DNA of 64,000 nucleotides, from contig CAVVLJ010000016.1 in NCBI GenBank assembly GCA_963749075.1, positions 96,001 to 160,000 of the forward strand, in the 5' to 3' direction. The position numbers were made by a program, and so were the translations under genes. Source of the stretch: an uncultured Pseudomonadota bacterium (lineage in GTDB: Bacteria; Pseudomonadota; Alphaproteobacteria; JACZXZ01). Under the pieces are notes generated by a model, which was not told the DNA's origin, ran no database searches, and was given only the letters and a program-made list of their open reading frames with translations. This document shows positions 11,612 through 21,431 of this stretch, in pieces (within the stretch, counting starts at the first letter, position 1; each line of letters opens with the position of its first letter).

Positions 11612-13030
11612 CTAGCCGCCGACCGCGCGCTGCGGCAGCTCAAGCGCTTTGAGTGCTCCCACCACTTGGCCCATGCGCGAGCCGAGCGAGCCCTTGACGG
11701 TGACCACGTCCCCGGGCCGGACGGCCTCGGCCAGGTGCCCGCAAAGCTCGGCCGAGCTTGCCGCGTGCGCGTCGCGCATGGTGGCGGGGAGCGCCTCGTG
11801 CAGTGCCGCCATCAGCGGGCCCGCGGTGAAGACGAGATCGATGCCCGCCGCCGCGAGCGGCGCCGCGAGTGCGGCATGAAGCGCCTTTGCCTCGGCCCCG
11901 AGCTCGAGCATGTCGCCTAAGACCGCGATGCGCCGGCCGCCCTCTCCCGGGAGTGCCGCCGACAGCACCTCGATGGCGGCGCGCATGGAGGCGGGGGAGG
12001 CGTTGTAGCTGTCGTCGATGAGCTCGAAGCTGCCGCCCCGGATGGCGATGCGGGAGCGCTGGCCGCGCCCCTTGAGTGCCGCGAGATCGGCCATGGCGGC
12101 GGCGGCGCGCTCCACGTCGGCGCCGAGAGCTCCGACCGCCGCCAGCACGGCGAGCGTGTTGAGCGCCCAGTGCCGCCCGGGCACGCCCACGCGGTAGGCG
12201 ATCTCGCGGCCCGCGATGCGGGCCAAGACCTCGCTCCCCGTAGGTCCACCCGCGAGGGAGAGCAGCCGCACCTCGGCCGAGGAATCGGCGCCGAAGCCGA
12301 TCACGCGCGTAATACCGGCGGCGCGCGCGCGCGCTGCGAGCAGCGCAAAGAAAGGGTTGTCGCGGTTGAGCACGGCGACGCCGCCAGCCATGCCGGCGAA
12401 GATCTCGGCCTTGGCCTCGGCGATCGCGGCGGTCGAGGCGAAGAACTCCATATGCACGGCCTCGACCGTGGTGATGACCGCGACGTCGGGCCTGACGAGG
12501 CGGGAGAGCGGCTTGAGCTCGCCGGGATGGTTCATGCCGAGCTCGAAGACGCCGAACTCCGCATCGCGCGGCATGCGCGCGAGGGAGAGCGGCACGCCCC
12601 ACAGGTTATTGAGGCTGCCGGCGCTCGCCGCCGTCTTGCCCTGGCGCTCGAGAGCGAGCTTGAGCGCCTCCTTGGTGCCGGTCTTGCCGACGCTGCCGGT
12701 GACGGCCGCGATGCGCGCGCGGCTCCGCGCGCGTGCAGCCGAGCCGAGCGCCTCGAGCGCTGCCTGCGTGTCCGCGACGAGGATGAGCGGGCGGCCCTCG
12801 CAGCCCACGGTCAAGCGCGCCACCACGGCGGCCGCGGCACCGCGCTGGAGGGCGTGGCGCACGAAATCGTGGCCGTCGACGCGCGGTCCGCGGATGGCGA
12901 CGAAGAGGTCGCCCGGCTCGAGCGTACGGCTGTCGATCGAGACGCCGGTTGCGGCGAAGGGGGCACTCGCCGTGCCGCCGCTCGCCTCAACGACTTCCTC
13001 CGCGGTCCACAGCGCCGCCGCCGCCGTCAT
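11612..13030 (-). CDS. murF: UDP-MurNAc-tripeptide--D-Ala-D-Ala ligase
   Basis: SIDSRT, VTGSVGKTGTKE, ELGMNHPGE, DDSYNASP, GDMLELG, KGS. Confidence 0.97.
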   Translation of the reverse strand: MTAAAALWTAEEVVEASGGTASAPFAATGVSIDSRTLEPGDLFVAIRGPRVDGHDFVRHALQRGAAAAVVARLTVGCEGRPLILVADTQAALEALGSAARARSRARIAAVTGSVGKTGTKEALKLALERQGKTAASAGSLNNLWGVPLSLARMPRDAEFGVFELGMNHPGELKPLSRLVRPDVAVITTVEAVHMEFFASTAAIAEAKAEIFAGMAGGVAVLNRDNPFFALLAARARAAGITRVIGFGADSSAEVRLLSLAGGPTGSEVLARIAGREIAYRVGVPGRHWALNTLAVLAAVGALGADVERAAAAMADLAALKGRGQRSRIAIRGGSFELIDDSYNASPASMRAAIEVLSAALPGEGGRRIAVLGDMLELGAEAKALHAALAAPLAAAGIDLVFTAGPLMAALHEALPATMRDAHAASSAELCGHLAEAVRPGDVVTVKGSLGSRMGQVVGALKALELPQRAVGG

Positions 13031-14499
13031 GCCGCACTCCCTGCCAAGCGGAAGGCCGCCTTGCGCGCCACCTCGGCATCGTCGAACGGCAGCACCTTGT
13101 CGCCGACGATCTGGCCGCGCTCGTGGCCCTTGCCGGCGATGAGCAGGATGTCGCCCGGCCCGAGGGCGGCGAGCGCCGTCTCGATCGCGCGCTCGCGTTC
13201 GCCGATCTCGCGCGCGTCGGGGCAGCCGGCCAGCACCTGGCGGCGGATGGCGGCGGGGTCCTCGCCGCGCGGGTTGTCGTCGGTCACGATGACGCTGTCG
13301 GCGAGGTGCCGAGCGATCTCGCCCATCTGGGGCCGCTTGCCGGCGTCGCGGTCGCCGCCGCAGCCGAACACGACGTGGAGCCGCCCCTTTGCCAGCGGCC
13401 GCAGCGCGGCCAGCACGGCGGCAAGCGCGTCGGGCTTGTGCGAGTAGTCGACGACCACCACGGCGCCGTTCGGCAGGCGCGCCACCTGCTGCATGCGGCC
13501 GGCGACGCCCTGCAGGTGGCCGAGTGCCGTGATCGCCGCCTCGGCATCGCCGCCGAGGCCGATGACAAGGCCGAGGGCCGCCAGGAGGTTGCCGGCCTGG
13601 AAGGCGCCGATGAGCCCGACCGTCGCCTGGTGGCGCCGGCCGGCGAGGGCGAAGCGGATCGTCTGCCCGGAAGCGCTTGCCTCGACGTCCTCGAGGCGCA
13701 GCGTGTCGCCCTTCAGCCCATAGCTCAGCACGGCATGGCGGCGCGCGCGGCAGGTCTCGAGAAGGGCGCCGTACTCGGGCGCGTCGGCGTTGAGCACGGC
13801 AGGGCTGCCAGGCGCCATCACCTCGGCGAAGAGGCGGCGCTTGGCGGCGAAATAGTCCGCCATGCTCGCATGGTAGTCGAGATGGTCGCGGCCGAGATTG
13901 GTGAAGGCGCCGGCGCGGATGGCGACGCCGTCGAGGCGATACTGGTCGAGGCCGTGGGAGGAGGCCTCGAGTGCCAGATGGTCGATGCCGGCCGAGGCGA
14001 GCTCCGCGAGCTCCTTGTGCAGCTCCACGGGATCGGGCGTCGTGAGGCTGCCGTAGCGCTGCAGGCCGGGGGCGATGATGCCGAGCGTGCCGAGGCTCGC
14101 GGCCTGGAAGCCGAGCTCGGTCCACAGCTGGCGCGTGAAGCAGGCGACCGACGTCTTGCCCGAGGTGCCGGTGACCGCCGCGATGGTGCGCGGCTGGCGC
14201 CCGTAGAAGCGCGCCGCCATGAGCGCCAGGCGCCGGCGCGGGTTGGCATCGGCGATGAGCGGCACCGCGGGCTCGGGGAGGGCTGCGCCGGGCTCGGCGA
14301 GCACGGCGACGGCGCCGCGGCGCACGGCCTCGTCGATGAAGCGGCGGCCGTCGGTCCGGCTGCCGGTCAGGGCGGCAAAGAGATAGCCCGGCTTGACCTT
14401 CCGCGAGTTCGCCGTCAGGCCGGCGATCTCGAGCTCGGCGGCGGCCGAAGTCTTCGCTGCGGATGGTGCGGAGCCGTTCATCAGTTCAGTTAAGCGCAA
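13027..14499 (-). CDS. murE: UDP-MurNAc-dipeptide--meso-DAP ligase
   Basis: VTGTSGKTS, LTTPD, EASSHGL, FGCGGDRD, DDNPR, AGKGHE. Confidence 0.97.
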   Translation of the reverse strand: MRLTELMNGSAPSAAKTSAAAELEIAGLTANSRKVKPGYLFAALTGSRTDGRRFIDEAVRRGAVAVLAEPGAALPEPAVPLIADANPRRRLALMAARFYGRQPRTIAAVTGTSGKTSVACFTRQLWTELGFQAASLGTLGIIAPGLQRYGSLTTPDPVELHKELAELASAGIDHLALEASSHGLDQYRLDGVAIRAGAFTNLGRDHLDYHASMADYFAAKRRLFAEVMAPGSPAVLNADAPEYGALLETCRARRHAVLSYGLKGDTLRLEDVEASASGQTIRFALAGRRHQATVGLIGAFQAGNLLAALGLVIGLGGDAEAAITALGHLQGVAGRMQQVARLPNGAVVVVDYSHKPDALAAVLAALRPLAKGRLHVVFGCGGDRDAGKRPQMGEIARHLADSVIVTDDNPRGEDPAAIRRQVLAGCPDAREIGERERAIETALAALGPGDILLIAGKGHERGQIVGDKVLPFDDAEVARKAAFRLAGSAA

Positions 14500-16258
14500 T
14501 CTTGTGGTCCTGCGGCTTGTGGTCCAGCGGCTTGTGGTCCTGCGGATTGATCTGCACCCACAGTGCCTTCTCGACGTCGGGGTCCGTCTCGTCGATCGGC
14601 ATCACGCCGAGGATGGGTGCGATGCGCTGGACGATGCGGTTGACGACGGGCACGGCGGTCCAGCCCGCGGTCGCATAGCCGTGGGTCTTGGCCGTGGCGT
14701 GCGGCTCGTCGAAGAAGGCGAGCACGACGTACTTCGGGCTGGTGATGGGGAAGGCGCCGACGAACGAGCTCAGGAGCTCGTGGCGCGCGTAGCCGTGGCG
14801 CACCGCCTTCTCGGCCGTGCCGGTCTTGCCGCCCAGGAGATAGCCTGGAATGGCGCCCTCCTTGGCGGTGCCGTCGGTGACGACCAGGCGCATCAGGCGG
14901 CGCATCTCGTCCGAGGTTCGCTCGGAGACGACGCGCACGCCCGATGCGCCCTCGCCCGCCCGGCGCTTGAGCAATGTCGGGTTCATGAGGATGCCGCCGT
15001 TGACGACCGCGGCGGTGGAGGCGGCCACCTGCAGCGGCTCGACCGCGACGCCGTGGCCGAAGGCGATCGTCATGGTGTTGATCGGCCGCCAGGTGGCCGG
15101 ATACTCGGGCACGCCGAGCTCGTCGAGCTCGATCTTGGCGGGCGAGAGCAGGCCGAGGCGCTGGAGGAAGGCGTGCTGGACCGCACCGCCCGCATCGAGC
15201 GCCATGCGCGCGGCGCCGATATTGGAGGAGTACATGAAGATCTCCGGCACGGTCAGCCAGCGGTTGCGGCCGTGGTAGTCGCTGATGGTGAAGCGGGCGA
15301 TGTGGATGGGATGGCTTGCATCGTAGCTCGAGGTGAGCTTGGAGGTTCCGGTCTCGAGCGCCATCGCCGCGGTGAACACTTTGAAGATCGATCCCATCTC
15401 GTAGACGCCGAGCGTCATGCGGTTGAAGCGCGCGTCGGCGACCGCCTCGCCCGCCTTGTTGGCGTCGAAGTCGGGCAGCGACACGAGGGCGAGCACCTCG
15501 CCCGTGCGCGCGTCGAGCACGGCGCCGCCGGCACCGATCGCCCTGAACTCCTGCATGCCCTGGAGCAGCTCCTCGCGCAGCACGTGCTGGATGCGCAAGT
15601 CGAGCGAGAGGACGAGCGGCGGACCGCCCTTCGAGAGGGTCTCGTCGAAGCGGCGCTCGACGCCGGCCATGCCGTGGTTGTCGATGTTGGTAAAGCCGAC
15701 GACGTGCGCGGTCAAGACCCCATGAGGATAGACGCGCCTGTCCTCGCGCTGGAAATAGAAGCCCGGGATGCCGAGGGCGTTCACCTCGTATTCCTGGCGC
15801 GGCGTCAGGTTGCGCTGGAGCCAGACGAAGCGGCGGCCCTTCTTGAGCTTGTCGAGAACCTCCGGCTCCTTGAGCTCGCGCAGCACCGAGACGAGCTGGT
15901 GCGCGGCGGCGCGCGGATCGGGCACCTCCTTGGGATCGGCGTAGAGCGAGGCGGTGGCAAGGCTGGTCGCCAGCAGCACGCCGTTGCGGTCGACGATGTC
16001 GGCGCGGTCGAGCGGCAGGTTGATCGCGCGGTCGGCGCGGTCGAGCTGGGGCTCGCGCGGCTGGTTGAACGCGGTCACGTAGACGACGCGCGCCGAGAGC
16101 ACCGCGAAGGCCACGGTGAAGAGCGCCGCGCACAGCACGAGACGGTTGCGCCCGGTCTCGAGGATCTCCTTGTGCGCCCCTTCGAGCCGCACCGGGCCGC
16201 CGTTGCACGCGGCATCGTGGTGGGGATGGCAGGGATGCTTGCGCCAGAACCGGATCAT
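14486..16258 (-). CDS. ftsI: Penicillin-binding protein 3 (FtsI)
   Basis: RADIVDRNG, EMGSIFK (SxxK), SSN, KTGT; between ftsL and murE. Confidence 0.96.
   Translation of the reverse strand: MIRFWRKHPCHPHHDAACNGGPVRLEGAHKEILETGRNRLVLCAALFTVAFAVLSARVVYVTAFNQPREPQLDRADRAINLPLDRADIVDRNGVLLATSLATASLYADPKEVPDPRAAAHQLVSVLRELKEPEVLDKLKKGRRFVWLQRNLTPRQEYEVNALGIPGFYFQREDRRVYPHGVLTAHVVGFTNIDNHGMAGVERRFDETLSKGGPPLVLSLDLRIQHVLREELLQGMQEFRAIGAGGAVLDARTGEVLALVSLPDFDANKAGEAVADARFNRMTLGVYEMGSIFKVFTAAMALETGTSKLTSSYDASHPIHIARFTISDYHGRNRWLTVPEIFMYSSNIGAARMALDAGGAVQHAFLQRLGLLSPAKIELDELGVPEYPATWRPINTMTIAFGHGVAVEPLQVAASTAAVVNGGILMNPTLLKRRAGEGASGVRVVSERTSDEMRRLMRLVVTDGTAKEGAIPGYLLGGKTGTAEKAVRHGYARHELLSSFVGAFPITSPKYVVLAFFDEPHATAKTHGYATAGWTAVPVVNRIVQRIAPILGVMPIDETDPDVEKALWVQINPQDHKPLDHKPQDHKIALN
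14501..14545. repeat. 3 x 15 bp tandem repeat in the ftsI 3' end
   Basis: cttgtggtcctgcgg / cttgtggtccagcgg / cttgtggtcctgcgg, encoding PQDHK-PLDHK-PQDHK. Confidence 0.9.
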
Positions 16259-16623
16259 GGCATGTCCCTCACGAGGGTTACCCGCGTCGACTTCGGCATC
16301 TTCGGCCGCGCCACGGGGAGCGGGAGCGGCGGGGCTTGCGCGGCCTCGCCGCGCTGGGGGAGGTCGTCGAGAGAGCCGTATTGCTTGCCGGTGAGCGGCA
16401 CGAGGCCGAGGTACTTGCGCGCGAGCTCGTCGATGCGCTCGGGCTGGTTGAGATAGCTCCACTCGGCCTTGAGCACGTGGATCGCTTCCTCGCGCTCGAG
16501 GATCTGGCGGTTGACCGTGGCGTAGCGCTGCTCGAGCCCCTGCACCTTGAGCTTGAGCTGGTAGACGCCGAAGCCGACGCCGAGCACCACGCAGAGCCAG
16601 AGCCACACGCCGCGGCGCATCAT
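16255..16623 (-). CDS. ftsL: Cell division protein FtsL (alphaproteobacterial type)
   Basis: TM helix plus coiled coil ending [14 protein letters not shown]; between rsmH and ftsI. Confidence 0.9.
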   Translation of the reverse strand: MMRRGVWLWLCVVLGVGFGVYQLKLKVQGLEQRYATVNRQILEREEAIHVLKAEWSYLNQPERIDELARKYLGLVPLTGKQYGSLDDLPQRGEAAQAPPLPLPVARPKMPKSTRVTLVRDMP

Positions 16624-17585
16624 GGTGCCGCCTCGCGCAGCCAGGGCGGGGCGGCGGTGCGCTCCGCCGCGCGCAGGCGCGCCGAGCGCGCGCGCGGGTT
16701 GGCCGCGAGCTCCGCGGCGGCGGGGCGCACGGCCTTCTTGGTGACGAGGCGGAAGCTCGGCTCCCGCTGCGGCTCCTCGCCCGGAAGAAGGCGCGAGCGC
16801 GTACGGCCGGCCGCACTGCGCTCCTTCATGAAGCGCTTCACCGCGCGGTCCTCGAGCGAATGGAAGGCGACGACCGCGAGCCGGCCGCCCGGCTTGAGCA
16901 GGCGCTCGGCCGCCCTAAGCCCGCGGTCGAGCTCGCCCAGCTCGTCGTTGACCCGCATGCGGAGCGCCTGGAAGGTGCGGGTTGCGGGATCGATGCCGTC
17001 GCCGGACGGCCGCACGACGCGGCGCACGATGGCGGCGAGCCTGCCCGTGGTCAGGATGGCGCCTTGCGCGCGAGCTGCTACGATGGCGCGCGCCACCCGG
17101 CGGCTCAGGCGCTCCTCGCCATAGAGGTGGATGACGTCCGCGAGCTCGCCCTCGGCGAGGCCGTTCACGAGATCGGCCGCGGTCGGGCCCGCTTGCTCCA
17201 TGCGCATGTCGAGCGGACCGTCGGCGGAGAAGGAAAAGCCGCGCTCGGCATCGTCGAGCTGGGGCGACGAGACGCCGAGGTCGAGCGCCACGCCGTCGAC
17301 GGCGCTCACGCGCTCGCCGGCAAGGAGGCGGTCCATCTCCCCGAAGCGGCCGGCGAGAACGCTCAAGCGGCCGCCATGGCGGAGTGCCAAGCTCCGTCCG
17401 CGCTCGACCGCCTCGCCGTCGCGGTCGATGCCCAAGACGGTGCAGTCGGCCGCGGCGAGGAGCCCGAGGCTGTAGCCGCCCGACCCGAAGGTGCCGTCGA
17501 CATAGATGCCGCCCTGGCGCGGCTTGAGGAGGGCGAGCACCTCCTCGAGCAGCACCGGGACGTGGCCGCCGGGCTGCCTGGTCAT
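16620..17585 (-). CDS. rsmH: 16S rRNA m4C1402 methyltransferase RsmH (MraW)
   Basis: [40 protein letters not shown]. Confidence 0.97.
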   Translation of the reverse strand: MTRQPGGHVPVLLEEVLALLKPRQGGIYVDGTFGSGGYSLGLLAAADCTVLGIDRDGEAVERGRSLALRHGGRLSVLAGRFGEMDRLLAGERVSAVDGVALDLGVSSPQLDDAERGFSFSADGPLDMRMEQAGPTAADLVNGLAEGELADVIHLYGEERLSRRVARAIVAARAQGAILTTGRLAAIVRRVVRPSGDGIDPATRTFQALRMRVNDELGELDRGLRAAERLLKPGGRLAVVAFHSLEDRAVKRFMKERSAAGRTRSRLLPGEEPQREPSFRLVTKKAVRPAAAELAANPRARSARLRAAERTAAPPWLREAAP

Positions 17586-18064
17586 GTGCCGCCTCCGCCG
17601 GAGGGCATTTTCTTGTGAGGAATTTTCAGCGTCAGGCCATTGCGGCTGGCGCGCTCGCGCGCCACTACGTCGAACGCCGCGCGGGCCGCGGGCTCCCAAA
17701 TCTGGAAGCGCTCCTTATGCCCGACGAAGGCCACGGCGTCCGCAATCTTGGCGTGCTCGCGAAAGGGCTGGGGGAGTACGATGCGCCCCTCGGGATCGAA
17801 GGGGATCTCGCGCGCGGCGCCGAAGATCGCCGAGGTGACGTCGTCCTCCTGCTCCGAGAACATGGGGATGTCGTCGTTGCTGTCACCGAGCTGCTCGAGA
17901 AAGCCCGAGGCGCAGCACTCGAGCGCCGGGTGCCGGAAGGAGGGGAAGATGACGATGCCGCTCTGCGAGCCCAGATTGTCGAGGGTGCGGCGGAACTCCT
18001 TCGGCACGGAGACGCGCCCCTTGCCGTCCAGCTTGTTGACGAATGTTCCGTAGAACAGCGCCAT
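17582..18064 (-). CDS. mraZ: Transcriptional repressor MraZ
   Basis: Two DxxGR motifs ([20 protein letters not shown]) and FQIW; first gene of the dcw cluster. Confidence 0.95.
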   Translation of the reverse strand: MALFYGTFVNKLDGKGRVSVPKEFRRTLDNLGSQSGIVIFPSFRHPALECCASGFLEQLGDSNDDIPMFSEQEDDVTSAIFGAAREIPFDPEGRIVLPQPFREHAKIADAVAFVGHKERFQIWEPAARAAFDVVARERASRNGLTLKIPHKKMPSGGGGT

Positions 18065-18140
18065 ACCGCCCCCCACGGCCGCGCGGGCGGCCGGACCTCC
18101 CCGCAGCGCGGCCGCCGTGAGCCGAGGCGGCAGCCTGCGT

Positions 18141-18206
18141 TATGGGACTTTATGGGATAACATGGGTAGATTTGGGCGTCAACGGGTTTTCACAGTAAAT
18201 CCTGGG
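18141..18206. promoter_or_regulatory. Putative MraZ operator: TGGG repeats at 10-bp spacing
   Basis: TGGG at 18143, 18153, 18163 and 18173, CGGG at 18183, TGGG at 18203; 80-140 bp upstream of mraZ. Confidence 0.75.
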
Positions 18207-18328
18207 TATTCAAGGACTTTTCCCCCCACTCGATTTGCTCTGCACAAACAGTGCTCCGATCAAAATCTGCCCTCTCAATGCGCAGCGCCCCACTATCCTT
18301 ATTCTTCGCCGAATTTGGGCGAAATTAT

Positions 18329-18343
18329 GTACTTGCTTTGTTC
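18329..18343. promoter_or_regulatory. Possible alphaproteobacterial LexA (SOS) box
   Basis: GTAC-N7-GTTC (reverse GAAC-N7-GTAC) in the AT-rich region upstream of mraZ. Confidence 0.35.
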
Positions 18344-18490
18344 TTTGTGGGGATTTTGTCACGCTCAAGAAGTTAAATGGAGGAGCACTCCGGCGCGCGC
18401 ATTGCGGCACGACGGCGCGGCTCCGTCCCGCTGCGCGTGCTGCAAAATTTATCGTTGCGAATCAATAAATTATTGACCTTGTCCGCATGA

Positions 18491-18871
18491 TTATCTGGTC
18501 CACACTTCCTGGCCGAGCGCGTCGCTCGTGCCCACGTAGTACCAGGCGCCGCGCCAGCTGCCGTCCGATTGCCGCTGCATGAGGACCACGCCCGGTTGGC
18601 CGGAGTTGGTGAAGCCCACGGAGAGGGTGCCGCCCTGCAGCATCCCGGCGCCATAGAACTTGCGGCCGGCGATGTCCCACACCACGCGGTACCCGGCACC
18701 TGCCTGGGTCAGATCGACGCGGCCGTTGTAAGCGGTGCCGTCGGGGTTGCTGCCCTCGAGATTGTAGGCGCCGCCGAGCTCGTAGCTGCTCCCGGCGGCC
18801 TCAGCCGCTGCCGGCACGGCAAGTGCCAATGCCGCCAGGAGCGCCGCCGCCATCGTGAAGCGCGCTGCCAT
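18491..18871 (-). CDS. Small secreted beta-rich hypothetical protein
   Basis: Signal peptide ([25 protein letters not shown]), then GAYNLEGSNPDGTAYNGRV...GQEVWTR; RBS upstream. Confidence 0.75.
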   Translation of the reverse strand: MAARFTMAAALLAALALAVPAAAEAAGSSYELGGAYNLEGSNPDGTAYNGRVDLTQAGAGYRVVWDIAGRKFYGAGMLQGGTLSVGFTNSGQPGVVLMQRQSDGSWRGAWYYVGTSDALGQEVWTR

Positions 18872-18908
18872 CCCTCGCCCTCCCATAGTTCCCCATCGAG
18901 GGGCAAAT

Positions 18909-19320
18909 GCCAGACGGCCTGTAAGCCGGGTTCTGTCCCTGCCTTGCGGCAGGGGATGGCCATTCATCTGGGACGCCCGTTGCCGGGCGCCTCGCGCGAC
19001 CGACCCGGACGGCGGCGCGGAAGCCCGCCTGCCGGCGCACCCCCGAAGGAGACGCCGGCCGCCGTCCCTACTTGGTCTTGCTCCCGGTGGGGTTTGCCGT
19101 GCCGCCCCCGTTGCCGGGGGCGCGGTGCGCTCTTGCCGCGCCGTTTCGCCCTTGCCGGCACCTCGCGGCTGGCCGGCGGTTTGTTTTCTGTGGCACTGTC
19201 CCTGGGGTTGCCCCCGCCGGGCGTTACCCGGCACCGTGTTTCCGTGGAGCCCGGACTTTCCTCCCCCCGCGCGCGCTCAGAAGCGGCCCGCGCGGAAGGC
19301 AGCCATCCGGCCGTCTGGCC
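18909..19320 (-). ncRNA. rnpB: RNase P RNA, type A
   Basis: Minus strand contains GAGGAAAGTCCGGGCTCCA, AGTGCCACAGAAA and ACAGAACCCGGCTTA; the terminal GCCAGACGGCC/GGCCGTCTGGC pair forms P1. Confidence 0.97.
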
Positions 19321-19382
19321 AGCAAGAGGTAAGCGCTCAACCAGCCAGCGGTCAAGAGTGGGCCGGGGTCAGTGGGCCGGGG

Positions 19383-20129
19383 TCAGGAGCCGACGCGGGC
19401 GAGGAGATGGTGGAGCAGGCTCTGGGTCTCGCCGTCGGCGCGGCCGTCGACGAGGTGCTGGCGGAAATGGCGCTGGAAGGCGGTGACGACGGCCTCGGTC
19501 AAGGGGTCGTAGAGGCCGCTCCCCTCGACGCCGTAGCCGAAGCCGGAGAGGGCCAGTTGCAGCATGACGACGGCGGAACCGGACATGCCGGGCTCAAGCG
19601 TCCCTGCATTGCGCGACGGCACAAAGCCCTCCTCCGGCCAAAGCCCGATGCCGGCGCGCGCGAGGCGCTGCCAGGGAAAGCGCTCGCCCGGGTCCTGCTT
19701 GCGCATGGGCGCCACGTCCGAGTGGCCGAGCACGCGCGAGGGAGCTATGGCGCGCCGCGCCACGATGTCCGCGGCGAGCGCCTCGACGGCGGCCATCTGC
19801 GCCGCGGGGAAATCGCGGTAGCCGAACTCGTGGCCCGGGTTGACGATCTCGATGCCGATGGAGCGCCCGTTGATGTCGGCAGCACCGGCCCAGGAGCTCA
19901 AGCCGGCATGCCAGGCGCGCCTCTCCTCGGCGACCATGCGGGTGCAGGTGCCGTCCTCGTCGACCACGTAATGGGCGCTCACCCGCGCCGCCGGATCGGC
20001 CAGCCGCGCGAGCGCCGCAGCCGAGCTCTGCATGCCCGTGTAATGGAGAAGGAGGATATCGATCGGCCCGCCCTCCGGGCGCGCGTCCCAGTTGGGCGAC
20101 GGCCGCTCGACGAGCAGAGGCGCGCTCAC
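19383..20129 (-). CDS. N-acetylmuramoyl-L-alanine amidase (Amidase_2, AmpD/AmiD-like) with C-terminal PG-binding domain
   Basis: SPNWDAR, LHYTG, VSAHY, AWHAG, SIGIE, GHSDVAPMRKQDPG, AFQRHFR; start at 20129 or 20141. Confidence 0.93.
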   Translation of the reverse strand: MSAPLLVERPSPNWDARPEGGPIDILLLHYTGMQSSAAALARLADPAARVSAHYVVDEDGTCTRMVAEERRAWHAGLSSWAGAADINGRSIGIEIVNPGHEFGYRDFPAAQMAAVEALAADIVARRAIAPSRVLGHSDVAPMRKQDPGERFPWQRLARAGIGLWPEEGFVPSRNAGTLEPGMSGSAVVMLQLALSGFGYGVEGSGLYDPLTEAVVTAFQRHFRQHLVDGRADGETQSLLHHLLARVGS

Positions 20130-20334
20130 CGCCGCATCCACGGTGCCGACTGTGCGATCGAGAGGAGAGAGGCCATGACGCGGTCGCTCCGCTGCGGACG
20201 CCGGGCATCATAGCAGAAACCGCGATCTTTCCCGTTGCGCATCGCGAGCCGCGATGGAAGAGTGGCCGCCGAACGATAACAAACCGCGGCGCCGCTCGCG
20301 CGAGGCGCGGAAATGCTTCAAGGGAGGATGCGGC

Positions 20335-21336
20335 ATGACAAATTTCAAGATTCCAGTGACCGCGATGCTTGGTTTGGCATTTGCCATCGCGGCCGCCGGC
20401 GGCGTCTCGGCGACGACGCTTCGCGCCTCGCACCAGTTTCCCGGCGGCAAGGGCGACGTGCGCGACGATATGGTCCAGATGATCGCGCGCGAGGCCAAGG
20501 CGGCCAACGTCGACCTCGAGATTCAGGTCTATCCCGGCGCCTCGCTCTTCAAGCCCAACGACCAGTGGAACGCCATGGTGAACGGCCAGCTCGACATCGC
20601 GCTCTTTCCGCTCGATTACGCGAGCGGCAAGGTGCGCGAGTTCAGCGCCACGCTGATGCCCGGGCTCGTGCGCAACCAGGCGCGTGCGCAGCGCCTGAAC
20701 AAATCGCCGTTCATGAAGGACGTCAGGGCGGCCATCGAGGGTGCCGGCGTGATGGTGCTCTCGGACGCCTGGTTCGGCGGCGGCATGGCCTCCAAGAAGG
20801 GCTGCATTCTCGATCCCGGCGACGTGAAAGGCCTCAAGTTCCGCGCGGCGGGAGCCACCTTCGCCCAGATGTGGGAGAGTGCCGGCGCCTCGATCGTCTC
20901 GGTGCCGTCGAACGAGATCTACAATGCCTTCCAGACCGGCGTCGCGGAGGCGACCGACACCAGCCTGGGCAGCTTCGTGTCCTTTCGCCTTTACGAGCAG
21001 GCCAATTGCCTGACGGCGCCGGGCGACAATGCGCTGTGGTTCATGTACGAGCCGGTGCTGATGTCGAAGAAGAGCTTCGACAGGCTGACCAAGGCGCAGC
21101 AGGCGGTGCTGATCAAGGCCGGCCAGGACGCCCAGGCCTATTACGAGAGCAAGGCCGCCGCGGTCGATGATGCCGCCGTCCAGATCTTCAAGGATCACCA
21201 CGTCAAGGTGGTGAGCCTGAGCCCCGAGCAATACGCAAAGTGGCTCGAGGTCGCCAAGGAGAGCTCCTACAAGGAGTTCGCCAAGGACGTGCCGGACGGC
21301 AAGAAGCTGATCGACGAGGCGCTCGCCGTCAAATAG
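20335..21336 (+). CDS. TRAP transporter substrate-binding protein (DctP family)
   Basis: Signal peptide, IQVYPGASL, DVKGLKFR, EIYNAFQTG; followed by small and large permeases. Confidence 0.92.
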   Translation: MTNFKIPVTAMLGLAFAIAAAGGVSATTLRASHQFPGGKGDVRDDMVQMIAREAKAANVDLEIQVYPGASLFKPNDQWNAMVNGQLDIALFPLDYASGKVREFSATLMPGLVRNQARAQRLNKSPFMKDVRAAIEGAGVMVLSDAWFGGGMASKKGCILDPGDVKGLKFRAAGATFAQMWESAGASIVSVPSNEIYNAFQTGVAEATDTSLGSFVSFRLYEQANCLTAPGDNALWFMYEPVLMSKKSFDRLTKAQQAVLIKAGQDAQAYYESKAAAVDDAAVQIFKDHHVKVVSLSPEQYAKWLEVAKESSYKEFAKDVPDGKKLIDEALAVK

Positions 21337-21352
21337 GCGTCAACCCGCGGCA

Positions 21353-21381
21353 CGGCCGGCCGCCGCAAGGCAGGCCGGCCG
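21353..21381 (+). other. Intercistronic stem-loop after the binding-protein gene
   Basis: CGGCCGGCC-GCC-GCAA-GGC-A-GGCCGGCCG, no U-tract. Confidence 0.55.
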
Positions 21382-21431
21382 TTCCGGGCCGAGGCCCGAT
21401 CCGAGACGCGAGCAGGGAGGCATCGCGGCCT

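Noticed and set aside
164-17838. Many long plus-strand ORFs opposite the dcw genes (e.g. 5582-7108, 12949-14493, 14393-16456)
   Set aside because: Shadow ORFs caused by high-GC codon bias; no motifs, and fully overlapped by recognisable genes on the other strand.
18141-18190. 10-bp periodic repeats considered as a CRISPR array or iterons
   Set aside because: The units are only 4-6 bp, with no spacers, cas or rep genes; they fit MraZ boxes better.
18569-20213. ORFs spanning the rnpB region, including the long N-terminal extension of 18491-19234
   Set aside because: The sequence is explained by the RNase P RNA; the translations are spurious read-through.
20175-20213. 12-codon ORF MTRSLRCGRRAS after a GAGGAG-like tract upstream of the TRAP operon
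   Set aside because: No informative codon bias or associated structure; cannot be distinguished from chance.
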